Both the position numbers and the translations under genes were made by a program. This document shows positions 24,418-37,240 of a stretch of 64,000 nt of DNA, piece after piece (position 1 is the first letter of the stretch; every line of letters begins with the position of its first letter). The DNA comes from Camelus dromedarius (taxonomy: Eukaryota). The stretch is taken from positions 5,642,001-5,706,000 of the forward strand of contig NC_087437.1 of assembly GCF_036321535.1 (NCBI RefSeq). The letters run 5' to 3'. Under the pieces are notes generated by a model. That model saw only the letters and a program-made list of their open reading frames with translations. It did no database searches and was not told where the DNA came from.

Positions 24418-25754
24418 CATGGATGAAGGAGCAGTTGTCTTCAGTCATCTCGTCCCCAGTGGTTTCTCTGGGTGGCAAAGACAGTAGGTGACCACCCAAC
24501 GTCTGTGCCTTCCCCCACATTTCCCAGCCTGCCTTGCAGTCAGCTGTGGTCACAGGACTGCTGTTGGCTGGTGAAAAGTGAGCAGATCGTAGCTGGAGTG
24601 TGTCTTCTATTACTCTGTTCTCCTCCTGAATTCCACAGGCTCCAGACATCATAGCTTGCAAGGTGGAATAGGACCACCTAAGCTGCATGAGACTTTGCAA
24701 GGGCAGGAAACAAACCTTTGTGGAGTTAAGCCAATGAGATTTATCTTCTGCTGCAGCAAGTATTTTGACTCTAACCCATTAGGCTCCCCTCCCCCGCCCC
24801 ATTTTTCACAGCTTCACAACACACACCACAGTGTTAGACCATGTTGGATGGCAATAGTTGGAAGTTGACCATTGCTCCCCAAGTTTAATTCTCCTTGCTG
24901 TTGTCTCCTTACTGAGTAAGACAGTTTATGCTTTTTCAAATATTCTCATTGCAGTTGGAATCATGATAGTAGCTGGGTGGCGGATTTTATAATTTCCGGA
25001 AGGCACTCCTTGTAGTTGGACCAAAGGCCCTCCTGATAATAATGGAAACCAGTCACGTGGTAATAAATGGGTCTGGACCTTCTCCCATAACTCTTCCAGT
25101 GGTTAGAGGCAAACACACGATGTCTTCATTCAGCAGGGAAGAGGATTTGGCCGCTGTTCGGAAGAGATGAGCTTCCTCTTAAATGATCCTGGCTTTATTT
25201 GCTCCCTTCATCTCTGTTTTCTGCCCACTTGACTCCACTCTCTTTCTTGCAAGTGGGAAACTGGTCTGTTGGATCTAGAAATAAAACGGGGAGAAAGATG
25301 GTTAGAATAGTAAAGATCATGTTTTATTTTTAACACTAAGCCCGCAAACCCACTCTTTTTACCCATGAGATCCCCATTAAAAGGATACATTTTGAAAATC
25401 CATAACAATAGTGGATTTTAGTGGGAAAATGAACATCCAGGCAGGACTGAATTCGCTCCTGAGAGCATCCATAGAGCTCGACATTCATCTTAGCGTCTAC
25501 TATTTACCGGGTACTGACTCAAATCCTGTGTGAGGCTTTTAAATAGTGAGAAGAGCCAACATTTTGGAAAATTTGTACGCCCTCGCCTTCCCATGAAGTT
25601 ACACACTCAATTAGTTCCTGAGGGGCAAACGGTTGCTGGGGTCATTTGGACGTGAGCTAGTGCTGGTGGCCCTGGACGATCACCAGGGCTCAGAGGGGAG
25701 CCCCGAGCTGCAGTAGCACTCCAACACTCTCCTAGGACGCTCTTTCCTCCCGCA

Positions 25755-25846
25755 TCCCTGTGGATACTCGGAGACCTGGAAGGGCCCGGGCAAGTGAGGG
25801 GCCCTGAAGCTTAAGCTTCTTTAGCCCCAAAGGAAATCTACCACTG
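25755..25846 (-). mobile_element. hAT MITE fragment (MER53-like)
   Basis: gggcccgggcaagtgaggggccctgaagcttaagcttc...aaatctaccactg. Family name is from memory. Confidence 0.5.
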
Positions 25847-26575
25847 CTCTCAACATGTGTTATAATCCTCCCATGGTCCAAAGAGTTTGATACTATTAAG
25901 ATTTTACAGGTCAGGGAACTAAGGACCATGGAGCAAAGATCCTTTGCCCACGCCCTACAGATAAGCCAGTGGCTGGGAGAGCTACTCTCAGCCCTGTCCT
26001 TCTTATCAGGAGCATTGGGTTCACAGCTGCTAGTTCCACTGCTTCAGTCTTTCTGGCCAGGAGAGGACATGGGACAGCAGGGGAGAGGCTTGGGTAAAGG
26101 GGGAGATGGAGAACCTTGGAGGTTCGTCCTGACAGCTGTCCTCCTGCCCTGATGTCCCATCAACTGAAGTGTGTCCGCTCTTCTTCACAGGCTCTTTTGT
26201 TTGTCCTTCATGGCCTCTCCCTTTCCAACCAGGTCCTTGGTGCAGCGTTTACTTCCTGCGCTCATATGACGGTGCTGGGGGTGACGTGCCCCAACCCCAA
26301 ACCGGATGATCACCCCCACCGTGGGGGCTCTGCCTGGGTCCTGAGGCCAGTGTGATTTGCCCTCCCCCTTGCCCCACCCCACCCCCCAAATAGGCTTAGT
26401 ACTGTGGCCCCACCCTACATCCCTGTCGTCATCTCATTCACTGGTTTGTTCAGTCACTCAATGCATGTTTATTCGTTGTCAGCTTTGTGCCTGATACAAA
26501 TGGAGGAAGAGCTGGGGACACTGCAAGTCCTTCGATATGGGAGTATCCCATAGGGAACACAGTGCAGTGTCCCGC

Positions 26576-26933
26576 TGTGATGGTCAGTGTTGCGTCAGCT
26601 TGACTAGCCCATAGCCCCTAGGTGTCCAGTAAAACCCTAATCTAGGTGTTGCTGTGGAGGTAGCGTGTAGATGTGATTAAAGTCCCTGAGAATGTCCTCA
26701 GTCATCTGGGCGGTCTTGAATCTGTTGAAAAGCCTTGAAAGCCGAGCTGAGGTTTCCGTGAAGAAGAAGGAATCCCTCCCGTGAACTGCGGCTGCAGCTC
26801 CTGGCAGCCTGCCCTGTGGATTCCACTCCTGCCCCGCCGGCCCTCATGATCACGGGAGCCCACTCCCTGCAGCGAGTCCTTCCGTATCTGTCTCCGAGCG
26901 GCTCTGGTTCTCTAGTTAGCCCTGACTAGCACA
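26576..26933 (+). mobile_element. MLT2 (ERVL) solo LTR
   Basis: tgtgatggtc...gtcagcttgact...ctaggtgttgctgtg...ccctgactagcaca. 5-bp TSD cccgc/ccctc. Confidence 0.8.
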
Positions 26934-28629
26934 CCCTCCCTGACACTTGTAAAGTGCTCTGCTTCAGTTATACTCACTTCTGTCCGCCTTCAGCTTGCCG
27001 AGGAACGCGAGAGCAATGCCAAGACGAGCGCAGCAGCTTGGCTGGCCTCCTTGGTGGCCCCACCCACAGTAGGGCCAGAGTCAGGGGCCACCGTTTTAGG
27101 TGGCTTCACAGTTTCTGGGAGCCAGTTCCTCTGTCACTCACTATCCTGATCCATGAACTCTTAGGCACCCGAGAGGTTGGAAGACTACTGAACGTGAACT
27201 TCAGTACCTTCTGTTTTGAGCTTATTTATTATTTTCAAAACTGGCTGCATTTTAAATCTCTTTCCGGGCTTACTCCATCCACAACTAAGCTGCCTTGATG
27301 GCTGTCACCCTAAACCATCAAATACTAACCACACGTATCGTAAGATGCACACGGGAAGAAAAAGACTTTCTGGGAATGGAGATGGAACTGAAAATGGAAA
27401 ACTGAGATGCCACTCCGTGGCTGGTCCTGGTTTGACAAGCCACCGAGAGGCCACAGAGCCTTGAATAGCAGTCCTAGCAAAGCCATTAATTACTCCCACC
27501 CACAAAGCCAAGTGTGTGGTGCAAAGTGTGGATTATACCAAAAAGGCCCATCTTCGCTGCATTCAGGTGACCAGTGTTTCTCCATTTTTGACCTTCAAGA
27601 TGGTACTTGGCTCACGTACCATTAAGACAGTCATGGGAAACAGTGCAGGAATGGTCTTGTCAAGTATCTATTCTGGGCTGTAAAATCTCATGTTTCTGCT
27701 CCCTGATGTATAATATATGAGGAGTGGACTCCCCCAGGTTCGTTCCAGAGCCAGCATTCTCCGAGTCTCTTTGGTAAACCTAACAGCTTGCCCCGTGAAC
27801 TAGAATGTTTTTTCAAAAAGTAATAAACGTTGGGTCATGGATGTGGTGGGCTCCCCTCAGAGAATCTGAATTATGAAAAACCAGCCTTATCAGGAGGCCG
27901 ACCCCAGTGCGTGGGGGGCTGCAGCCCCCTAAGACTTGCAAGCCTGCCATCTGGGAGACACGTGCACAATTAACGGGAATTCTTCTGAAACCAAGAACTC
28001 GGCCAAGTACTGTTTATCGCAGTTTCTCCCTTGGCTTATTGAGTACCAGATTGTGAGAGAAATACCTTCGTTGCTGAGACAACATTAGTTTTCTCAAATT
28101 CTCAGTGAGTGATCAGTCACCGGCAACCTGGAGTAAATATGTGTAGAACCTTCTAGAAAAGGACGTCCTATGGGAGAGAAAGGAAAAAGGGATCCTCCAA
28201 ATTTGGATCGAGATGAGTTTGAGTAATGAAAAGCGAGCGAGAAAACTGATAAACTAATTTTTTTTCAAATCCTGCCCTGGAAGCACGTATCAAAAAAGGA
28301 AATCAGTGCATCTAAAATCAGGGAAAGAGCCCCACAGAAGGTGACTTCAAACCTCCAAGGCCACAAAAGTCCCAGAGAGGCACAAATAACGCAGCTGCTA
28401 ATCGAATGATCAGCCCCGAAATCAGATCATATGACCCAGTGTCCTGTCTGGGCTTCTGCACAGCCAGGGGACCGCCAATCCACCTGAAAAAATAGCTTGT
28501 TTCACCGCTTCTGAATGACTTATTCCCCAGTCTGTATAGATGGTGCGGTGGGAAACAAAATACAAATGAGTTTTTTTAAAGCCTTATGACTCCCTAGCGG
28601 CTGGCAGTCTGTGGACCAGTCAGTGCAAC

Positions 28630-28950
28630 TACTCCCACGTGTGGGGTCCCCAGCCTTGTCCTCGACTTTGGAAGGGGGTCCTCTGAGCACAGCCATTGGA
28701 ACGGCTGCTCTGGTCTCAGCAGGCCCGCGCTCAGGGGCCCCCTCTCGGCAGAGGGAGAGACCAGAGGCCCCGGGATGTCGGGCTCTGCCCAGCTGGCCCG
28801 CCGCCGGGCTTCGGGGAGTCCTGCCAAGCCCGCAGTTGCTGGTTCTGTCTCCACACATCCCTGCCCCAGTTGTCAGCAGTGAAAGACGTCCCCAGCTGTC
28901 CCCGGTGAGAGGCGCCTGGGCCTGCCTTAACCTTTAAAGCACAGCGCAGA
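28630..28950. promoter_or_regulatory. GC/CpG-rich patch, candidate regulatory element
   Basis: Locally high GC with retained CpGs (ggcccgcgc, ggcccgccgccggg) and an E-box cacgtg at ~28636. No repeat recognised. Confidence 0.35.
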
Positions 28951-29495
28951 GATGTAATGAAAACCTCTCTGGAGCTTAAACTCAACTATTTTCTCTTGTT
29001 CTTTATTCTACTTTGTTGCTCTCTCCTTCCTTGCTGGCCTGTGCTTGTCTGTTTTTCCGAAAGTGTGGTTCCCATCTCATCCAGCAGAAACATCAGTTTT
29101 GTTTCTGAAAATATCATTTCCTGGTTTCCACCGCGCACCCCCTGTCTTTTGTCTTTGGAAAATATGGATATTTAGCTACGTAACACGTAGAGATCCTCTT
29201 TGCAAAGCTTTCTTTTAAAATCACCCGGTCCAGATCTGAGTCAGCAAAACCCTCCTCTCCCAGGCTTTAGCTGCACGATGAAATTTGATACATGAGTTAA
29301 GATATATTATGTGAAGCAGAATGGTGAGCCTGTAAGGTTTTTTTCACATGGGAAAAGCATGACATGGAATTTTGGATCTGCTCTTCTATTTCTGAAACAA
29401 ATTTGAACAGTGGATATCTGTCAAACCCAGGGGACCTCAAACACTGATACGTGATGTTTTCAAAATGACTGTATATGCATCTGGAAGTAGCCTTT

Positions 29496-29843
29496 TCTTT
29501 TTAAACATTTTTTATTGAGTTATAATCATTTTACAATGTTGTGTCAAATTCCAGTGTAGAGCACAATTTTTCAGTTATACATGAACATATGTATATTCAT
29601 TGTCACATCTTTTTCTCTGTGAGCTACCATAAGATCTTGTGTATATTTCCCTGTGCTGTACAGTATAATCTTGTTTATCTGTTCTACATTTTGAAATCCC
29701 AGTCTGTCCCTTCCAACCCCCTACCCCCTTGGCACCACAAGTTTGTATTCTATGTCTATGAGTCTGCTTCTATTTTGTATTTATGGGGTTTTTTGTTTTT
29801 TGTTTTTTGTTTGTTTTAGATTCCACATATGAGTGATCTCATA
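29496..29843 (-). mobile_element. Young camelid L1 3' end
   Basis: Perfect 14-bp TSD tggaagtagccttt (29482-29495 / 29844-29857) and an L1 3'UTR sequence. Confidence 0.92.
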
Positions 29844-31169
29844 TGGAAGTAGCCTTTATTTTATAAAAGCACCTAGGGTTTCCTGCTGCAGATGTTGGAA
29901 TGATCACTATTGGACTTTATGCTTTTCCATTCTCAAATCATCCTAAAACAAGCTCAATCCATTAAGCTGGTTCTGTTGCTGTCAGAGGGATTTCCTGCAC
30001 TTGGCTCTCTTTCCTTGACACCCCGCTTCTATGTGTAGCCAACAGAGGATCAGAAGCCAAGGTCAAGCCCAGCCGTTGAATGCTGATTGGCAACTGGCAA
30101 GGTGTGGTGACTGCCATCTGCTCAGACCAGGTCTGGCCAGTGTTTATTTAATTCAAGCAAAAGCAGTTAACTTCAGTTTGCCTTGCTGAAGCAAACCTAG
30201 TTAACTGTTTTGTACACACTAGGTAGTCAGTTTGGTTCCCAAGTGTACATGCCAGTTAAAAATTAAAAACAGCACTGTCTGAAGTCCTGGGGTCTGCGTA
30301 ATACACTTTCCCGGCTGTTTAGGATTCAGACACAGAAGACTGTGCGTCTTTACCCCTTTCTGACAAATAGCATTGGGTGCTTTTAACAGAACATAAACGA
30401 GAAAACTGATTTCTGTAGCTCGGAGGGATGAATATTTTCATAGCTCTCCCGAGTACTGGAAGAGAGAGATCTATTACATCAGTCATGTGAATGAACAGGG
30501 CATAAGAAACTGGTACCTCCCAGAAATAAGTCAGCCCTAAAAGAAATCAGGCTATGAATAAGTTAAATGTGTGTTTATAAATATATGCTTCAGAGCGCAC
30601 GTTGTTATTTTTAAATGGTGGGTTATAGGTAACGTGATTGCTTGTCCCTATTGCAGAGGATTGAAGGGCTGGTGGGGAAAATGCCTACTCTGGTGGTTAA
30701 AACTCTGCTGGGATTGATATGCAGAATTCTTGCAAGATTTATGCAGATCCTGCTTTGTATTGGCAAATGACTTTCGCAGTGATTTCAGCCGTCATTAATG
30801 AGCAGGCACTGTGTGAATGACAGATGCTAAGCAAGCTCTAGGACACGGTCCTCAGGGTCTGGGTTTCCGGAATCATCTTCCTGATCCAAAGACTAACAAA
30901 GCCTGGCATCCTCACCATCTTTCTGAGGGGGATTGAGGCTGGTTCCCCTTTTTCAGGAGGGGAGACTGAGTCACAGGAGGAAGAGGTTCCTCTCTGGGAG
31001 CCAGGATGACCCTTGACCTCAGTTTCTCTCTTGGAAGTGAAGGACCTGGACAGGTGATGAGCCCAGGCTCCCTACATCCTTCCCTGGGGAAGTTCTCAGG
31101 CTCCTGCCTGGAGATGGTCATTTTACTTGGAGGATAAAAACCATCACGTTGCTTTGCTCATTAACGTTT

Positions 31170-31663
31170 CTTTTTAATTAATTAATTTTTAATTGAAGTA
31201 CAGTCAATTACAATGTCTCAGTTTTTGGTGTACAGCACAATGTCCCAGTCATGCATATACATACATATATTTTCATATTTTTTTCATTAAAGGTTATTAC
31301 AAGATACTGAACATAGTTCCCTGTGCTATACAGAAGAAACTTTTTAAAAAAATCTATTTAAAATCTACTTCTATATATAGTGGCTAATATTTGTAAATCT
31401 CAAACTCCTGGATTTATCCCTACCCACTCCCTTTCCCCGGTAACCGTAAGATTGTTTACTATGTCTGTGAGTCTTTTTCTGTTTTGTAGATGAGTTCATA
31501 GTGTCTTTTTTTTTTTTTTTTTTTTTTAAGATTCCACAGATGAGTGATATCATGGTATTTTTCTTTCTCTTTCTGGCTTACTTCACTTAGAATGATGATC
31601 TCCGGGTCCATCCGTGTTGCTGCAAATGGCATTATTTTAATTCTTTTTTATGGCTGAGTAGTA
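31170..31663 (-). mobile_element. Camelid L1 3' end
   Basis: ttttaattgaagtacagtcaattac...gttgctgcaaatggcattatt...ggctgagtagta. Confidence 0.9.
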
Positions 31664-32324
31664 CATAAAAGTTTTATCTGAGGCTCTCAGAATATAAACT
31701 TTGGATATTCTCCTGTCTGGAGACTTGTTTTTAAGGGAAGCTATGTGGTTTGGTGGCTGAGAGCATCTGCTTAGGGGTCCACTTTGCCCAAGGTTGAATC
31801 CTTGCTCTGCCACAGGCTCTGGGACCTGAGGCAGCTTAACATTTTTGAGCTGGGCTTTCCTTACCTGTAAAATGGGGACGGTGGGAGATGGCAGTGTGAA
31901 TGGCAGCCCCTGTCTGTACAACGTGCTCCATCATGTCATCAGCCACTCTTACAGATCAGCCACATCCCAGGCTGCCAGCGGGGGAGCTGGGTGTGTTAGC
32001 TCTGGATTCTGAGTGTGTCTTTGCCTGGCATGGGCTCAGATGCTCGCTGGGGGCACAGATAAGCTCCGTGGGTGTTACCCACCTCTCTCTCCCCCTCTCT
32101 CCCCTTACTCCCGGATAGGATCTGTGTTAAAGACTATTGTATGAGTATATGCAGTGGGACTTGGCCAAATATTTATTAATCATGTGATTAAATTAGAGAC
32201 ATAGCTGATAAAATCCCAAATGATCTCACTGTTAGCCTTTCCCGCTATGTGCAGGAAGAGATTATGTTTCTGAGTTTTGCTATGAGAAACACCACCCACA
32301 AAAAGAAAACCCACTATATGTAAA

Positions 32325-32512
32325 AACAGATTAAAAAAAAAGTTTCTTCTGTAGAGCACAGAGAACTATATTCAATATCTTGTAATAACCTTTAATGGAA
32401 AAGAATATGAAAACAAATATATGTATGTATTTGCTTGACTGGGACATTGTGCTGTACACCAGAAACTGACACATTGTAACTGACTGAACTTCAATTAAAA
32501 AAAAAAAAAAAA
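32325..32512 (+). mobile_element. Short L1 3' tail
   Basis: tttcttctgtagagcacagagaactatattc...acattgtaactgactgaacttcaatt followed by poly(A). Confidence 0.85.
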
Positions 32513-33614
32513 GGAAAACCCAAAACATTAGCCTATTTGACTGGTAAAATATGTTTTTGCTGTAGGGTTCTTGAAGAAATAATTCATAGACGAGGCAATG
32601 CAAATGGTTAATGAACATGAAAAAATATTTTTATTTCATTGGCAGTTTTTCAAAATGCAAAAGCAAAGAACAATGAAATCTAATTTTCATCTATCAAATT
32701 GGCAAATTTAAAAACAAGAAAATTTATTGCTAGTGAGATGCAGAAAGACAGGTAATCCCATTCATGGGATTTTTGGCACAATCACCAGGAATTTATTTGC
32801 CAATATGTAATAAAAAAAACTTTAACATGTTCATACCATCCAAAGTAGTCATCCATTTTAAAGAAATAATATTTTCTAGGTGAATAAAAAGTTGTATTCA
32901 AAGCTATCTGTTCCAGTGCTACAATTTTAAATAGGAAGAGTTGGAATAAGCTCAGTACAATAAAAGGGTGATTAAAATTGCTACTTAGAATGAAATATTT
33001 GCTGGCATTAAAATGAGATTTTTAGTAATAATCTATGGCCAAACCTACCATTTATGAAGAGTTTACTATCTGCCGGGCCCCAGGCTAATCACTTTGAATA
33101 TACATTATCTCATTTAAACCTTATTATGACAGATTAGTAACCGTATCACTTCCAACAGTTTATTCATCATCTCTTTTAAACCTGTTTGACAAATTAGAAA
33201 ATTGAAAAAAATATGTTAACAGGAGAGAATATTCTTGATGTTCTTAAAAAAAATAAACAGCTGGCTTACAAAATTGCATATAGTTTTAGCTCAAGGCTAT
33301 AAACACAATAGACCCACCCCTAGTGTTGTGAGTAGGGGCCAACATTCCAAAACGCATGAAATGTGAGGTGTGTACTGTTACCCAGTTCCTAGTGTGGAAG
33401 TCGGCGGCAGAAGGTGGGTGTGTGGCTAAGCCCCGTCACCTTCCATCCAAGCTCACCTTCTTCCAAGGCTGTGGACGTTTGGCGGGAAACTTAGCAAAAC
33501 ATTAACAAAGGTTCTCTCTGTGTTGTGGCGTTAGGGGTAATTCGTGCTTCTCTGTATTTTCCCGTTTTCCTGCCACGTGCATGGAGGCGGAGCACATAAA
33601 ATAAGATGCTTCTT

Positions 33615-33758
33615 GAGGGGGAGGGTGTAGCTCAGTGGTAGAGCGAGCACTTAGCATGCATGAGGTCCTGGGTTCAACCCCGAGTACCCCCATTAAAAAT
33701 AATAATAATAATAAATAAATACACCTAATTATCTCCCCCCCCGAAAGGTTTTTTAAAA
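33615..33758 (+). mobile_element. Camelid tRNA-Ala SINE
   Basis: gggggagggtgtagctcagtggtagagcgagcacttagcatgcatgaggtcctgggttcaacccc. Confidence 0.9.
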
Positions 33759-34169
33759 AGACTTTTCTAACAGTTTGAAAAATGAGAAAGCAATTTGTTT
33801 TACTAGTTTTTTTTTTTTTTCAAGTGGGCAATTCTTTCTTCTTTCCCACACTCCCCTTAGTTCCGACAGCACAGTAGCTGGAGCAGGAAAGGGAGAAGGC
33901 GAAGCCCGCTGCTCACAGGGAAGCCAGAGGCGAGTCCCCTCCCAGCTTCAGGGAGCCAGCCACGTGATGCTTGTGGTGGCATCTGTGGTCACATATGTTA
34001 CAAGTGAAAAAAATATCACAATGGGGTTGGCAAGGCCTTGGGTATTACCCAACCTCACATAGCTACCGACGGTGCTTAAAACAAAGCAAACAAGAACTCC
34101 GTATGAAAGAAAGACACAGTGAAGAGGTAAACCCTTTTCCCACCGTCTCCAAGGGTAAAGCCCCTCTCC

Positions 34170-34480
34170 CAGGCCAGCACGCGAGGCGCACCAGGGGACC
34201 GGCACGCCCTGGGAAGGAACCAGACACAGGCTCAGCGCTCCCTTGTGCCGCTTGCAGGAGCTCCGAGAACAGCCAGCAGCTACCGACCCGGAGGTTCTGA
34301 GGCTGCCCCCAGGCACAGGGTGTGCCTCCGCGCTGCGGAAACCCCAGGCGCGGGCGGGCGAGAGGTCTGGACGCCTTCATCGCCGGGGAAGCCCCCGCAG
34401 GGTGGGCTGCCTCCCGGGCTGGGCCCCGCAGGAAGCGCCCTGCTTTTGTTGAGGTGGCCGTGCTCAGCAACAGGGGACCC
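34170..34480. promoter_or_regulatory. Small CpG-island-like region
   Basis: Densest CpG cluster in the window. GC boxes (ggcgcgggcgggcg), a kB-like ggggaagcccc, and an upstream E-box cacgtg (33961). Confidence 0.55.
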
Positions 34481-36519
34481 GCCCTTGTTTGCTGGGGCTT
34501 TCCTGCTGGCTTCTGTGCCTGGGTGGCTGACAGAAGAAGGCTCAGACAACCTCCAGCGCTGGCCCTGCTGCAGGCTGAAGTGGGATGTGTTCAGAGAAGT
34601 CACTCTCCCCTCCAGGAGGTGGCCCAAGCACCTGGAGGGGAGGAATACCAAGCAGATGATTCCAGGGGGGCTCCTGGCAGGAGGAGGCTGGCTTTTCAAA
34701 GAGTGCCTTCACCTTTCCCCAGAGCTCCCCATTCATTCGTTCAATCGAGAATCCAAGAGAAATAAGACACCATAGCTGCCCTCCAGGGACCCAGGGAGGA
34801 GGCGGAGAGTCCCCAAGCCTCCGTGGTGGGCTGAAGACCAGGGGACACGGGCACTCCCCGGAGAAGAACCTCACCCGAGTCAGGAGGCTCCAGGAAGTGG
34901 CAGTGCCGACGGTGTCTTACCTTGGTCCTCCTCAGACTCACCTGAGCATCTTGTGGAACCCGCAGGGCTCTTACTCAGCAGGGCTGGGGTGGAGCCTGCA
35001 AGCTGCGTTTCTAACAGGCTCCCAGTTGGTGCTGATGCTTTTAGTCTGAGGTCCATGCTTGGAGAGGCACAACCACAAGTGATGCCTGAGAAAGGAGCTC
35101 GCCAGATGGGGAAGGGGGAAAGGCTATTCCTAAGAGAGAACATTCCAGGTGGGCCACTTTGGGGGTGGGGAGGGTTGAACTGTCGGAGAGGCTGAGCTTT
35201 TGCGGGATAGCCTTGAAATGGCCCTGGGCTTGCCTTTTAATTCGATTAGATTTTAATTCATTCTTTAAGATGATAACACATGAGCAGTTAATGCTCCCTG
35301 TATACTGAGTTTGGGATGAATGAATACATGGACACAAATGTGTCAGACTGGGCTCAGCAGGAGAACGGCAGAGTGGGTAGGCGCACAGGCACTGGAGTCC
35401 ACGTGCCTGGGTGTAGATCCTGGCTCTGCTGTGTGCTAGCTCCATTCATCCTGCGACCTCTCAGTGCGACCAGTCTCAACGCGTTGTGAGTCTCACATAA
35501 CAGCCTACATATACAGTGCTTACAGCGATTGTAAACATTGAATCAGTGTTACCTGTTATTTCTGTTAAGAGCTGAAGTCAACATTCGCCAGCTTGACCAC
35601 ATACTGATGGATAGAATTTGGTGAAAATGGGCATATTTGTCTAAGGGGTGGCTTATGAGTGAACATCATCTATTTTTGCCATGCCTGCCCTCCATTAACA
35701 TCCCAAATGACAGATATTTGTTTTAATTTCTATAAAATGTTTCCTTGAACCTAAAATAGGAAAACACATATGATGACAGAAATAGGGGTCTTGGCAGAAG
35801 ACTTCAGGTGGGACCCTTAGGTATGAGCTGGGTTCTCGAGACCACCTCTACTTATTAGGGGGTGTCATGTGGGAGAATTTGATTCTGTCTCCCTGTGAGA
35901 TCACCTGAGCTGGGCTTCTGGAATTCCAGTAACCCAGGAAAATAGGAATGTTTGGTGAACAGCCAGCCAGTAGGTATAGACCCAGCTGAAACTGGGTATT
36001 ACATAGGTGACAAGGGCCAGGAACATCGTGACATCACCACTCGACACTCTTGTGGCTTACTTGCCATTTAGAGTGGTTATTGAAAGCTCTGGGGCTAACA
36101 ATACTGTGTATCTTTTTTTTGCTTTTGCCTGTGACTGCTTAGACCTGAACTATCCAATACAATATACGCTGGCCACATGTGGCTATTTCTATTACTGAAA
36201 ATGAAATGAAATGAAAAATTCAGTTGCACTAGACACATTCCAAGTGCTCAATGGCCGTGTGTGGCTAAGAGGTAACAAATGGGACAGCCATAGGTGTGCA
36301 GATGTAGACCGTTCCATGGGACTGCACTGACTTAGAGTGTAAGTTTTTTACTTTAAGAGTTGCAGATTGTAACTGAAATACCCAGAGATGGCAAAATCCA
36401 TAACTCATGCAATGAGGATATTGCAGAATTGAATACAAAAATTAGGAAACTTGAAGGGTTAGTTGACTTTTAGATGATAAAGCTTGACCCTGCATTTCTT
36501 TTTCGGTCAGTCGCTATTA

Positions 36520-37240
36520 AATAATCAGACACTTACTCTGTGTATAGCTCTAAACTGGGGGGTCTGGGGAAGATAGCAGCATCTGGCAGATGCAGTCACT
36601 GATCCCAAGTTGCTTGCCATTGACTCGGATAGATACCAAGTGCATAGAAGAATGTTAAATAGCAGTTGAAGGAGGTGTGTGAGAAAAACCCAGCAAAATG
36701 CTGTGAGACCAGAGTGGATTTGAAAAAAAAAAAGATGTGATACTTGACTTGGACACGGCAGGAGGCATAAGTAGAAGTGAGCTGAGGAGACAGAAGTGGG
36801 TCCAGCATGGTGGGAAAGCAGGAAGCAGGTACTCTTGATGAAATAAAAATAGTAGTAGGTGGTCAGATTGGAAATGGGGCTGTGGTCAGCTTTTGGAAGG
36901 ACTTGAATGCCAACATCAGATGATTAGACTTTATCCTGCAGACAGTGGGAGCCGTACAAGGGTTGTGAGCAGAAGAGCACAGTCACACAGGTAGTATTTT
37001 GCCAAGGTGAGCCTGGCAGGGGTTAAAACACTGGACTGGAGGAACCCAGCCATCTCTGCAGGGATGCCAGCCTAGAGGTTGCAGGAAAAATCCACGCAAG
37101 AGATGAGAAGGACCTGAAATAGGTCAAGGAAAAGGGAAAGAGAGGCAATAAAAAGGAAAACCTGACAGATTTGGACTGAGCAGGAAAAGAAAAACAGCAG
37201 AAATGTAGACAAAGATGGCCTACATGCTTTGGATGTTTGG
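36520..37240. mobile_element. L2 LINE remnant
   Basis: ttgaatgccaac...gactttatcctgcagacagtgggagcc...gagcagaagagcac. Other L2-like tracts at ~38250-38700 and ~43690-43900. Confidence 0.55.

Noticed and set aside
33615..33692. tRNA-Ala-like sequences (12 copies in the window)
   Set aside because: They carry SINE tails, TSDs and stem-breaking mutations, so they are SINEs rather than tRNA genes.
34063..34941. Stack of long overlapping ORFs on both strands (also 28520-28985 and 60023-60466)
   Set aside because: Expected in GC-rich or LTR DNA. No recognisable domain or consistent splice structure.
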